From: Fimbriosthenelais zetlandica
Lineage: Eukaryota
NCBI GenBank assembly: GCA_977030845.1
Contig: OZ365119.1
Span: forward strand, 7,874,001-7,938,000
DNA: 64,000 nt
Direction: 5' to 3'
Shown: piece by piece, positions 33,260 to 46,696 of the stretch
Layout of the letters: each line of letters opens with the position of its first letter
Position numbering within the stretch: position 1 is the first letter of the stretch
Notes under the pieces: generated by a model
Seen by the model: only the letters and a program-made list of their open reading frames with translations
Database searches by the model: none
What the model was told of the DNA's origin: nothing
Program-made: the position numbers and the translations under genes

Positions 33260-33510
33260 ATAGCGCGCCTTCTTTCCGCTGCTATCCGCTGAGTGGCGCC
33301 ACTATAGCGCCGTATCGTGCAGTAGTTCGCGCTGTGTCCACAGAGTGACGCTCCGACTGGCGGTAGCTTAGTTCGCGCCATACACACACAGGGGCGCCAC
33401 TGTTTCTAGTTCTTCTACACGTGGGGGCGCCTGTCCTGGGTGCTGAGTTCGCGCCATGTCCAGTAGATGGCAGCACCGTGGTTCGCCGCGTTAACACACG
33501 GGGGCGCCAA
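33260..33510 (+). promoter_or_regulatory. CpG-rich promoter-like island upstream of the zinc-finger gene, with a consensus CTCF site and E2F-like motifs
   Basis: CCAGTAGATGGCAGCA at 33460-33475 matches the CTCF core CCASYAGRKGGCRSYA 16/16; repeated GTTCGCGC(C) and GGGGCGCC motifs; locally high CpG. Confidence 0.6.
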
Positions 33511-34344
33511 TATAATATGTTGACATTGGTCTGGCGTGTGATGAAGCGTCAACACTAAAAACCTGATCAAAACACCTCCTTGTAAGCCATTCTCAGAGCT
33601 CTATACGGAACACATCATGGGCTAATGAAGGCATAGGTAACGATTATTCAAGTAAGTCTATTATTGATCAAATACTTGTTTAATTTCCTGCCGTTTTTCT
33701 TCCCGTTTTGTGAGTCTAATCTGGACCGTGAATTTGACATCGGTTGGGCATGCGCATTGGGTGCAGGGACCCGGCTGTCCTTGACTGCTGACACTGTATG
33801 AGATTTAGTTGGCGAAAATACGTTTTTAATTTATAGTATTTCTATTATAAATTAGGTGGGTAATTTTGGGGAGTATGCCGGTTTTTAGATGGTGGGATAT
33901 TGAAAAGATGAATGACATGTACAGCGTCTGTCAATAAGCTGTCTGGAGGGAGTTATGTGAATTATAGACTAATTGTATATTAGGCCTATAGACGTCACTG
34001 TCTGATAGGTTGTCTACAGTGTCACTATGGCAGTCTATGCCTAGTATAAATTAATATTAGACATTGTCATGGCAGGTGTGGGGGCGGGGGTCGGAGGGGA
34101 GTGGGTTGAGAGATTGCAACCCCCTTTTTAAAGGCTACAAAAAAAATCAAAGTGGGTGTCAGGGAATTTTTGTCAGGTTTTATTTTTATTATTTAGATCT
34201 ATGTCAGAGAAAACGGAAAAGACAGGTACTTAGATTCTAGTCTAGGGCTATCGATGGGTTTTTTTTTTAAATAAGAAGGGGAGATTTCCGTCTAAATTAA
34301 ACTACAAATGAACGGGTTTTTTTTCCATTTATTTCCAGTGAAGC

Positions 34345-37300
34345 ATGAGTGAGATAGATAGTAACGAACACAGAGAAGAACAAGAAAGCGAGGAAGATGA
34401 AGAAGTGAGTGGTAATAATAACTTGTTTACCTTCATCAACTCAAACACTGACGAGTTAGAGACGGGCGACGTGACACGTAGAATAGAGAACCAGATTAAA
34501 CTCGCTGACCCTGACTTCCACGTCAAGCAGAATGAACCTGTACGTAAAAGCTACGGTCTAACTGAATCCATACAGCTCAGCCACGACGGCAGCATCACGC
34601 ATTATAAGTTCCACAAGGACGAGACGCCAGCTGACGTGACGTCACACGGTATAGATCCACCGGAAGTGACGTCACAAGGCGTTGATCTGTCTGAGATGGA
34701 GAGTCATGGAGAGTGTGATAATGATTCAGAGTCCACCGTGTCATTTGGTGAGGAAGGTGAGGCAGTGAATGAGCTGCGACTAGTGAAGATGGAGACGCAG
34801 GATGACGTAGGTCGTGACAGAACGCGACCACAGAGAGCTAGCGCCGTGACCGCCAAACATAGGATCTCTGTGATAAACAGGCTCATTGAGGTACCAGTGC
34901 TGTGTTTCCTTTCTATTTTATTCGACATAACCAATGACCAGTGCTAAGATGCCACTATGATATGTGCTATGAAATCACTATAGAATGTAATGGTGTTTTG
35001 AACCACGGTTTTTGGCTAAATCACTATCTAAATAGGCTATTTTACAATGAATAAACGAACAAATTTCTGACTTAACTTCAGAGACCTAACAACTGTTAAA
35101 CTATCATTTTTTATTCAACATCATTCGGACTCAATTTCTTCCTAATTTTGTTTTGGGGTTTTTCTAAGGCATATATTTTGTTATTGCAGAATAACAGCAA
35201 GATATTAGGTCAGCCCGATATGAGGTACCAATTTAAAGAACCAGATGCTGACCAAGTCCCAGAAGATGATGAGAGTGAGGAGGAGACACCGGCCCCTGAA
35301 CCAAGCCGTACACCTACTAAATCAACATCCACTACCCTCACAAGATGGGACAAGATCGAGGTATGACCTCCAACCTATCATTATCAATAATACCTCTGTT
35401 CTTTTAGTGAATCCTTCAATTTTTTTATGCGCCTACTGGTAGAATTATCTGTACCATACCTGTTCATATGTACAGTACTTGTAAGGCCCCAGACTTTGAA
35501 CTATGCTAATGGATAGCTCCAGGGGTAATAAGGGTTTTTGTAGTGTCACTAAATCAAAGTATATCAAAAGTTTAGTTTACCCTTTGACCACTATACCAAT
35601 ATCCCTACTCTTTGTACTGCTCTTCCCTATCATATTCCCTATCTATTCAATAACTCCTTTCATCTGAAACCGTCCCCATGTTGATTTTCCAGAGTACCCG
35701 CGATATTCCCATCCTCACTCACGATAGGGAAGTTGCGTTTACGGTGAGGGAGCGCATTGCCTATCGCCAGCCAGCCAGCACTCAGCCCACTGACAATACC
35801 AACTCATTCCGCTGTAAACACTGCCACATTACTGTATCCAACATGTACATTCTCTACTTGCACATCTTTAGTGCACATAAGTCCATACTCCCTTACCAAT
35901 GTGTAGAATGTGGGTGTTACTTTGAGAAGGCTGCCGAGCTGGAAGCTCATACAATCCTACACAGCCACCGCGCTACTGAATATTTATACAGACTGAAACC
36001 ATTCAAAAGAGCTGACAGTGTGTTCTATAAATGCCCCCTAGTTAACTGTATAGGTCGACCCATGAGTTGGTCGATGTTTATTAATCATCTACACTTCCAC
36101 TGGGCCAGTGACTGTTTACTTTGTGGGGAGGGGTTGGTTCCTAATGAGATCAATTCGTTCTTCACTCATATGTCGGTCCATATTGAGGATGGCCCGGTGA
36201 CATGTCGTTACTGTCCTACGCTTGGTTTCCGTGACATAATGACACTCCAACAACACCTCTACACCAAGCATGACGCTGGGTATCTGTCATGGAGGTGTCG
36301 GTTTTGTCGTCAGAAGTTTAAAAGCTTCGCTAAGTTTGATCTTCATATGTTGAAGCACCACTCGAGCACGCCCTATGAGTGCCAGTACTGTGGGCGGGAA
36401 CTGCCCTCCATAATCAGCCTCGAACATCATATGACATTCCACAATGAGAGGGGAGAAGAGCATGACAAAATGTACAACCGAAACATCGAAAAGAGACAGA
36501 AACCTGTTCCTCACGTTCCAAATATCCTGAGGAAAAATAAAAAATTCATAATCCAGGCTTCAGCTGGCAGTGCAAAGACACAGGTGTGTGTGCAGGAAGG
36601 GACAAGCTCAGATACAGCATCACAGTCAGTGGGGCGGTATGTGAAAATTAAACCTTCTCCTAATTCAGGGCAGGAGAAGTTTGTCAAGATCAGAACATTC
36701 CCAAATGATAAGCCAGAAAATCCGATCATGAAGAGTTTACTGCCCAGTACATATACTACTGCATATAAACCCATACTTCCAGCCCCTGACCCGAGCATCC
36801 TACAGCAGACAGGAGTGGTCCTACCAGCCCAGACAGGCCCTGGTCTTCCTGGCCAGGCAGGACAGAAACAACTAGTACATCTCGTACCAGTCCAACAAAA
36901 CAAGAAGTTCCTCATTATTAAAAATAAGCAGGACGGGCAAGTTACGGTTTTGAACCATCTAGGTCCATTTCAGCAGACGCCAGATGGTAAGATTCTAATT
37001 CGGGCTACCGATCTTCCTGCAGCCACCAGCACCGCCGCCCCTGCCATCTCCACGCCATCTACAGTCCAATTAGCAGACGACTCCCTCAATTTAAAGATCA
37101 CTGATGTACGTGGAGCCACAGACATACCTCAGTTTGACAAGATAAAAAAAGAGGAAAGTGAAACGTCACCTATAGTCATTGAACCCATCTCTGACTCCCC
37201 TAACAAATCAGACTCTTCTGGGAAGCGATCAGAGAAGCCTACAGATCTGAAGGTGTGCCCCTTCCCTCATTGCTTGGCGGTCTTCTCGTCCGTCACAGAC

Positions 37301-40300
37301 ATGTGGACGAATCATTACCGCTGTAAGCATTACGACAGGGGTGACAGTCATGAATTTATGTGCATGGGATGTGGCTCCCTGTACGTTAACAATAACTGGC
37401 CCCCAGCTAGCCACTCCTGTAAGAACCCACAGTGGATTCATATATGTAGCGACTGCGGTCTGCTGTTTGAGAATCAACGACAGAAACAACAGCATTACAT
37501 CCAGTGTAAGGGCTTCCTACCAGAGGAGGCGGTGGTCCAGGCTGGAAGCATTGTAGATCCTCTCACATGTAAGTACTGTCAGGTGACCAGTGACTGTGTG
37601 AGGACGCTATGTGATCACATGATGAAGCATCATGCCTCAATGCGCTTCTACTCGCCTCTCATCGCCTGCGAGCTCTGCCCTGAAATGAAACGTTTCCTCA
37701 AGGTGGACCATCTATGGACTCATTATGAGGTTTGGGACTTTCTTTTCTCATGTCATTTTGAATTGCCACATTATAATGTCTCATAAACTACTGCCACATT
37801 ATAATGTCTCATGAAATCTTGCCATATAATAATATCTCATAAAACCTTGCCTGATTATAATGCCTCATGAACACTTGCCATATTATAATGTCTCATGAAA
37901 TCTTGCCATATTATAATGTCTCATGAAATCTTGCCACATTATAATGTCTCATGAAATCTTGCCACATAATGTCTCATGAAATCTTGCCATATAATAATGT
38001 CTCATGATCTCCTGCCACATTATAATGCCTCATGAAATCTTGCCATATAATAGTATCTAGTGACTTCTTGACATATAATGTCTCATGAACACTTGCCATA
38101 TTATAATGTCTCATGAAATCTTGCCACATTATAATGTCTCATGAAATCTTACCATATTATAATGTCTCATGAAATCTTACCATATTATAATGTCTCATGA
38201 AATCTTACCATATTATAATGTCTCATGAATCTTGCCACATTGTAATGTCTCATGAACATTATGTCTCATGAAATCTTCCCATCTCATGAACACTATGAAA
38301 TCTTGCCACATAATAATGTCTCATGAACACTATGTCTCATGAAATCTTACCACATTATAATGTCTCATTATAACTCGTCAATCTGTGTGTTTTTTCAGTT
38401 GGCACATCCTGAATACTGGAGTAACATCGGCCGGTGGTTGTGTAGAATATGTGGTGCGGACCACACCACAGTCCAGGAGATGGACGACCATCTGGTATAC
38501 AGTCATGGGCGTTATGTCGCGCCCTTCCTCTACTGCGCCATCTGCTCCAGTATGCTGTCAGCCTACAAGACTCGCGGGTTCCTGGAGCAACACATGAGAG
38601 TGGCTCACAACAGCACGGTAGATGGTCGTCCCCTCCACACCCGGCGAATCACCAGTCAACATCAAGGTGCTACTGTCATTGCCCCTCATCTGGATGACAG
38701 TACTAAAGATGACAATCTCAGCAGTGAGATTCTGAAGGAAGGTAATGTCGATCAAACCGCATCCAAATCAGATGACGTTGATTTCTCAGGGTCAATGAAA
38801 ATCAGTGTGGAGGACGTTGGGGTTGACCCTTCCAGAGGGTCTCATGAGTCAGATTCATACACTAACATTAAAACTAATAATGGCCTCACCATAAACGAGA
38901 AGGGAGCGGAGGAAAAGGGTAGTGAGAATGGAAGGGAGGTCATGGAAAAGGATAAGGATGGGAGTGGTGAGACAGAGGGAGTGACACTATACATATGTGA
39001 GGTCTGTGCAGAAATGCACGAGTCGTTTGAGTCACTGAAAGACCATGTAAGGCTGGACCATGAACGCCAGACCATTCTACTGACCTGCCCCTGCCCTGAC
39101 CAACCCCCCCTGAGTATCCGGCGGTGGGTGCACCGCTTCTGGCAACACCTGGTTCATGTACACACCGATTGGCTTCTCTCTTTTAAGTTCACTTGCTCTG
39201 TCTGTGGTGAACTCTTTAACACACGCAAGGAGTTTGAAATGCACGAAGTCTACCGACACAAAACTGATGTGAACTGTATTACCATCAGGCAGTGTCTTGA
39301 AATAGTGAAGAACATGGAGGGACTCAGGCCTAAGAAACGAGCGTCTGATACTAACTTCAAAGGGACTCCAGTCACGGATGAGCAGTCCAGCAAGGAGAGC
39401 CCAGTCATTGATGAGCAGTCCAGCAAGGAGAGCCCAGTCACTGATGAGCAGTCCAGCAAGGAAAGCCCAGCCACTGGTCAGCAATCCAGCAAGGAGAGCC
39501 CAGCCACTAGTCAGAAGGAGGAACCCGCTCCAGTGAAGGGTGATGTGATAACATTGTCAAGTTCAGAGGACGAGGATGAGTCAAGCTGTCACAGATCAGT
39601 GGACGGTTCAGAAACGAGTGACACTAAAAACACTGCCGAAACAGACCACGACCGTAATAAACTGACAGATGAGTACAAGTGTGACCACTGTGGTAAATCC
39701 TTACCAGATGAAGCATCGTTACGTAAACATGAGAAGCTGGTCCATCCTGTGGGACATATTAAATGTGAGAGGTGTAAGGGACGCATGCCAGTAGACGCCA
39801 TCAACTCACATATCTGCCCTGCTGATCAAGAAGTCCTCGCCTTCTTCCCTTGTAATTTCTGCAGCGATAAGTTGGCGACAGTTGCTGAAAAGAATAAACA
39901 CATCGCAACCAAGCACCGGGAGCAGCTAAAACGGTGTAGTTTGTGTAAGAAAGCCTTCATCAATGATGACACTCTGACCAAGCATATGGAGCGCATGCAT
40001 CCAGCTAAAACTGTGAAACCACAGCCTCCAAAAGTGACTGAAGAACCACGCAAGATTCCAGGGAAGAAGTCTTATGACACTTCTTACTCTAGTGTAGAAC
40101 CACGCAACATTCCAGCGAAGACATCTAGTGAAAGTTTTGAATCTATTGTACCTTCCTCCCACCCAGTTCCAGATTCCTACACTACAAAAGGTAAAAGAGG
40201 TCGTCCACTGGGGAGCAAAAATAAGCCAAAAGATCCTAACAACCCAACATACAAACCACCTGGCAAACGAGGTAGGAAAAAAGGAAGCAGACTCACTGTG

Positions 40301-41467
40301 AAGGAACTCCTGGATGGAAAAAAAGGATCCGATCTTGGTCTTGAGGACAGTTTAGTTGGCCAAAGAAAGAAACGTGAGGGCCCCACAGTTCATAAGTTCT
40401 ACTCTGGTAAATGTAACATTTGTGGCAGGTACTCCTCATGGGGGAATGATAAACATGTATGTCAAATGAGACCAGATTCTGATGGAGACACATCAAGGAC
40501 CAAGGCCAGGGATGAAGAGAGTCCTCAAAGTAGCAGGTGCGGTTTAGATATAGCCAGACCAGGTACAGGATCCACTGAGGTGATCACTATCACAGCTCCT
40601 AACATCGCTGGATCTGATTCCATGCTGGAACAGGACATGGTGGACATGTTAGACTACTCGGATGATGAAGATGACGAGGAAGAAGAAGAAGGAGAAGAAG
40701 AAGGCCCTGAGGAGGAAGGAACCTCTGAGCAGGTAGACCTGCCTGAGCAGCCTGCCGTGGACCAGGGTATTGAGAGTGATGGTGAGGCTGCACCAGGAGC
40801 TGATAATAGTTGTATATTAGCTCTCCATCGAGGTGGTGACTCCTCAGATGATGAAGACAACTACACTGAGGTACGTGTCAACACTGGTGATACGAGTCCT
40901 CGTAGCAACTCCCCCCAAACAGGAGACAACGGGTCCAACCGGAAACGCCACAACTCCGCTGAGATCTTCGACTCTGGTAAGAGTAAATATGATCTACTGG
41001 ACCAGGTTTTTGGACCCAAACGCGCAAAAGCTGACGAGGCTGCTGAGAGAGTAGCGCTTGAAGAAGCTATATTTGGACCGAAAACGACCCCCCAAGCTGT
41101 GATTGACGAGGTGTTTGGTCCAGAACGACCAGAGTCTCCTGGTGCTTCGTCAAAACCTGCAGATACATGTCCCAGTTCATCTGGTGCTACCAATACAGAC
41201 TTTTACTCTACACCCATGACTTCACAGAACTACATGGAGATTACACCTGAACCTGATTATCAGAGTACACAGGAACCGGTCACTATTCAGCCTCTGATGA
41301 TCACCCCTACAGCTTCCCCTCCCACTGATTACCAACCTGTCAGTATTGAACCTGTAGAGGACCCACTCGTATTGGAACCTGCTGATTATAGATGCGAGGT
41401 GTGTGGAGACTCATTCCCACTCGAGTGTTACCTTGACATACACAGACTGAACGCTCAACATTTTTAA
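34345..41467 (+). CDS. Large multi-C2H2 zinc-finger protein with AT-hooks, about 1940 aa
   Basis: Exons 34345-34890, 35190-35360, 35693-37729, 38399-41467, all phase 0 and GT-AG. Many CxxC..H..H motifs (e.g. YECQYCGRELPSIISLEHHMTFH, YKCDHCGKSLPDEASLRKHEKLVH, terminal CEVCGDSFPLECYLDIHRLNAQH); AT-hook-like KGKRGRPLGSKNK and PGKRGRKKGS. Confidence 0.9.
37768..38370. repeat. 28-nt AT-rich tandem repeat filling zinc-finger intron 3
   Basis: Unit ATTATAATGTCTCATGAAATCTTGCCA(T/C), about 20 degenerate copies. Confidence 0.92.
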
Positions 41468-43191
41468 ACTTTAAAAAACGTTGAACTTTAAAAAACTTTA
41501 AAAAACTTTAAAAATTTAATTAAAAAAAATTTAAACTTGAAAACCCATGTTGCTACCATGAACTAGGAGATTACCTAAATATTGACATTTTTTTCTTTCA
41601 CCTCTCAGGGTTTCTGCTTACTGTGGTAGCACATGTATACATGACCATTAGATCTAGAATATAAAGTTAATCTATGCTTAGTGTTAACAGAAAAAAGATG
41701 ACGGCTAGGGCTAGGATCTAAATATATGTATTTATGCTATAAAAATGACAATAACAAAGCTTTATCAAAGAAGGTCAGTTTTGTTTGTATATATGTTTCC
41801 ATAGAACTATAGTTCTATGAATATTCATGGTTGATTCCTACTGTGTTAAATGTGTACATGTTATGGATTCTTGATGTTATAAGGGATTATGGGAAATGGT
41901 TGTTGCCTTCTTTTTGCTGTGATTTGCCAGGTTAAGGAAATGCGTCTATGTGACAGTCAAAGTTAACAGTGAGTTATTTTTGAACAGTTAATAAAGTTTA
42001 TGACTAAAACGTCTACATTTTCATGTGCTTAATTTGATACATGTGCCAGAGAAGTGATGCAGATGCTAAATATACATCGTTACGACTTGGGTTTAATTTG
42101 ATCTTAAGGGATCACTTTTGGTCCTTAAGATTTCAGTGTCTTTACCATTTGCCCCCCACCTCTCATTTCCCATTTGGGGTTGGGCATTTTGGGCCTTCAA
42201 GGCTTGATTGAGTGAGGGCTTCTGGCCATGTCATGACCCAAGGATCAACACTTGGGCCTTAAGCCCCCAGTGGCTCTACCTTTAAGTCATTTCTTGCGGG
42301 GTTCAGCCCTTCTAGCCTTAATCAAGGGACAGAAACCCATCTCTTTAACTTGGGGGTTGGTGTCTTGAGCTCCCTGGAGCCTGAAGTGGCTGTATATGTA
42401 TTAGTAGGGCCAGCTGTTTGAGCCTAGTGCTGTTATGAGGTAGCTAGTCGACCAGCTCTTGCGGTTGAGCTCGGTCACTGTATCATGTAGGTCAAGGACG
42501 TTTGAACGCCGCTGCTGACTCAAAACAACACGTGAGACAGACCAGTCATCATGATGATCATAAGACAGGTCTTCTCTCTTTATTCTCTGTCTCAGAAGAA
42601 CCCAGAACCAAAAACTAAAGTTAACATATGATGCAGCAACAACCCTGCCACCCCGGTTGGTGGGTGTCTGGGGTGGGAGCTGCCTGATAATGTTTCATCA
42701 CTTGTTTTGACGGTTGGGACTTAGAGAGAGGTTGATAAAGAGAGACACAGGGGCTCTCAGTCACCTTGTGTGAACTCGCCAGCCGTGTCATGCCAGGCCG
42801 AGTTTTGACTGTAGAGTGGGGGGCCCCCGAGGATGAATTAAAAGTTGTGGGGGGTACTTCACCCGTAGACAGGCCCATCACAGGCGTTGAAACCTAAAAT
42901 GGGTAGATGCACCCCCAGGTGATAAGGTCACTGGGTTTTTTAAAAGTTGGAGCTCCCATGGTGCCGGTTCCAAGTAGGTTGCCCTTATATGAAGATTCAA
43001 GAATCAATTGAGATTTGTCGGGAATCCTGCGGTTGATATGCATTGTATTATGGGTCGTGGGACTGGAATTATTGGATCTGTACCAATGTTTTGATGTGTG
43101 AGAGACCGGGACCCCCCTGACCTCCCCCGGGGGGACCCCCCCTCCCCCGCGACCCCCTACCACCTACACACAGACACCCTAATCAGGTAAC

Positions 43192-43205
43192 ACACCAGAT
43201 GGCGC
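43192..43205 (+). promoter_or_regulatory. CTCF-like motif between the zinc-finger gene and BBX
   Basis: ACACCAGATGGCGC resembles CCACCAGATGGCGC. Confidence 0.4.
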
Positions 43206-44029
43206 AGTGGGACCGGGGGCCCTTTAAGTAGGATTTAATTATTCTCTCTTTATCTAGCTGCCATAAATTAATTATTTAAGTAATCAGAGACATTACATAA
43301 CCACCTGTTAGGCTAATAATTGAAAAACACAACAAGTATGAAAGTTACCTAGCTGCCTGCTGTTCCAAAATGCAACTTTGCCCCAAAAAGCAATCTACTT
43401 CCCCAAGCGCTACATGAAAGCGCAAAGATGAAAAAGAAGTTGGTTAGCCTACTGGTTAGAAGTTTTTTTTGAGGTGTAGAATAGAAAATGGTTTTGGTGA
43501 CTTTCCGTCTTGGTAGAAACTCCTTACAGAGTGAAATTCGAGGAGCCCTTCTTTTGCTGGCCCGTGAATCGGCTCCGGCAATGCACCTGTCTAAGGTACC
43601 ATTCCCACCAGTCCCTCTTTCGTTTTGGACTTAAAAAAATGTTATTTCAAACCTTTTAATGGAATGTCATAGCTTTATTGATACAAAAAATGATGGATAT
43701 CCGTAAAGCGATGGGTAGGCTATCATTAATTGATAGGCCTAACCGAAAATAAGAAAATATTTTGATTGTCTTTTGATTGTATCACAATTTCCCCCCCAAC
43801 TATATTTTGAGCTATATTTAAAGGGGAAGGAAACACTAGTATCATGTACTTTTTTTAAAAATGAATTAATCATTCTGAATATACTATTAATAGACTAGTC
43901 ATAGTATTAAGGGGCATCACTCGCTATTAGAGAGTTGCCAGCGAGTCATCATGAAGTAACCTGGCAAACGGTAGGAGCGCTGAGAGAGTTTGCAAACACA
44001 GTAACAGTGACCCTCGTGTAGTGTGAGCG

Positions 44030-44121
44030 ACCAGGAGGTGGGAGATATATAGAGAGAGAGAGAGAGAGGAAGACCAGCTTGTGATTACAACCTGGATTAC
44101 AATCTAGGATTATTAAGACAG
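44030..44121 (+). other. Putative non-coding first exon of BBX (5' boundary approximate)
   Basis: (GA)n tract followed by a strong donor ACAG|GTAAGT at 44121; CpG-rich surroundings and a YY1-like CAAAATGGC near 44323. Confidence 0.4.
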
Positions 44122-46696
44122 GTAAGTGGTGACATCTTCTTTATAATATCACCCGCGTCGTCTTCTATCATTGACGCTATGCCCAGCGTCTGCCCAGCGT
44201 TCCATTCGTCTCTGGCAGACGATGGCTTCCCGCTCGCCTGAGTCAGCTGTGTATGTGTGTGTCTCTCTCCCTCTCTCTCTCTCCCCGCGCGTTGCCTCCT
44301 CTCTTGTCTGACCTCGCGGCGTTCAAAATGGCTCCAACTCTGCATAAACAACGCAGTTCAGTAGCTCAATGGTAACAGTCCCTTTCCCTTCCCTTACATC
44401 CTCCCTATATCCCCACATCGCCTGGCACACCCAAGACAAACCATTTGGTCAGTGACAGAAGACGATGCCTTCATCTTTTTATTTCATTTCTCTTCCATGT
44501 CTGGTTGGATGGATGGATCGAGACATGGGTCTGCTGGCCCCCACCAACCTCTCTCTCTCTCACACCACACACACACATGTGGTAACATGTGAAATACAAC
44601 ATCCATTCCATCTCCCTTATTTTGAATTTCTGAACCATATTCCAGTTTAATGTTTGACTGAGAGTCCATCTAGGGGTGTAGTATGGTGGGATTGTATGGG
44701 GGACATATTGGTATGTTTGAAAGAAAGGACATCTCTCATACCACCCCCCCCCCCCTTTAACCGGCTGGGGCGTTCATTTGTTATAACTGCATGCCGGCAC
44801 TGAGAGGCCCCCTATAGGGACTCAGCATAAATAATGACATCACCAGGCACTGAAACTCAAAGAAACCCATCAGGACACTATCGAATTTACCTTGCCAAGC
44901 AATCTCACGGCCATAACTTACATATTTAAAACCTTCTCTTTGAAAAAGAATGTCAAAATCTCCAAAAAGAGCCGATTGGCCCAAAAGATAAAGCCTTTCA
45001 GTACCCCAACTCGTGCGAAACAGAGCTGCGCGCGCAGCAGAACTCGAGGCCCCTTTAAGGGGGAACTCCTTCCCATCTGGTATTTAAACTAGCCTTGTTT
45101 ACAGTCAAAATCCACTTAAAAACCACCCCAACACACTGACATCGAGTCCGGGCGATCCCAAACCTTCCATCCGCTCACTGGAACGCGCGCTTTCCTTGGG
45201 GGGATTGGGCAGAGACGGGGATGGGTGGCTGATGAAAGACAGAAGGGATGTACATAGAAAACCCATAGGGAACCCCCTGACTGAAACCAGTGGTGTTGAC
45301 CTGTTTTCACAAGCCCCCAACAAGCTCTTGGTGCTGTGTGTTGATTGTGGTTTCTGTCTATCCCTCGCTGCCCCAACCCCCTCCCTCCCCCCACTCCCAC
45401 CCTCCCAATACACACCACCACCAGTCTTCCCTTTGCCAGTCTCTAAGGGTTAGCCCAGGTGACTGAACTGGCCTATAATGGAAGCTTATAGCCGATCTAT
45501 GTAAGAGCTTTGTGTGCTCTGAGACAGCCTATTTCTACCTGTCTGTCCCACCTCGTGTGTCTGTAATGTTCGTGATTCTGTTGTGGGATTTAAATGTAAA
45601 TCAGATGTGTCTGTTATGAGTGGCTGAAGGCTGATATGACTGGGGGAGGAGGGGGTGAGGAATGGTGCTGTTTCTATAGCATATCCGGGTGTCCCTGGAA
45701 CATGATTCAGAGGTCGTCTTCCCTGTACGAACTCTTAAAATATGTCTCAGAGAATCCCTCATGAAATTATGTGAGAATTGCCCCATATTCTGCCTCCTGA
45801 ATGTCATGCTCGGTCTAAATAACCAACTAATGTTGCCTTGTTTTGTATCACCCAGTTTTAACTGAAGATTTTATCTTTTATCATCGAAGATACTTTATAC
45901 ATATCCAGGGGTTGTCAGGGGATCACGCGTGCTTTTCATACATTTTTTTATCCCTCGGATATTAAATATACTTCCCATTACAGTTTCTCATGGGAGTGAC
46001 ACCCCCACCATCTCCACCTCCCTTTATAAGATCCTGATATCATTTCTAACAGATATGGCAATGATTTTAATGGTTGCATCTAATATGACTGTTGCCTTAT
46101 AGGAAAATGAGCTCTATGATCTGTTGCCGTTGTGCTTCATGTGATTGATTCTATATTTTATGTGACACTATGTTCCCCAAAGAGGCAGCGTTATTTCAAG
46201 GTGATATCAGGGCCTGCTACCATCCCAAATCTATATATTTCTATCTGCTTGTCATTCGTTTTACTTCCTGTATGTTCTTAAGATGAACCAAACTGTGCCT
46301 TTAAGTGCGGGCCAGCATATTTGAATTGTCATTGACCCAGACAGGCATTTTAAAATACACCTCCAGGCCACCTGGTCAAATGGTATTACTTCATACAATA
46401 TTATGTGCCCCCACTCACCTCTTAATCTCGATCCCCAGCTGTCCTAAAAATTATTTGTCTGCAATTCCGTGGTTTAAATAGATCAATATTCCCAAGGTGG
46501 GGATTTAAGATATTGAAAAATCTGAATAAGAATCCCAACGTGTTTCTGCCCCCATTGGTGTGCAACCGCCACCTCTTGGTTGGATCTTAGAAAGAAATGT
46601 TTATATCTAAAATCAGGTAACAAACTACAATATTGTGTCTAGTGTACTTTGTCCAGTATGATAACCTTCCCTGTGTCCATCTTTCAGTAGATAATA

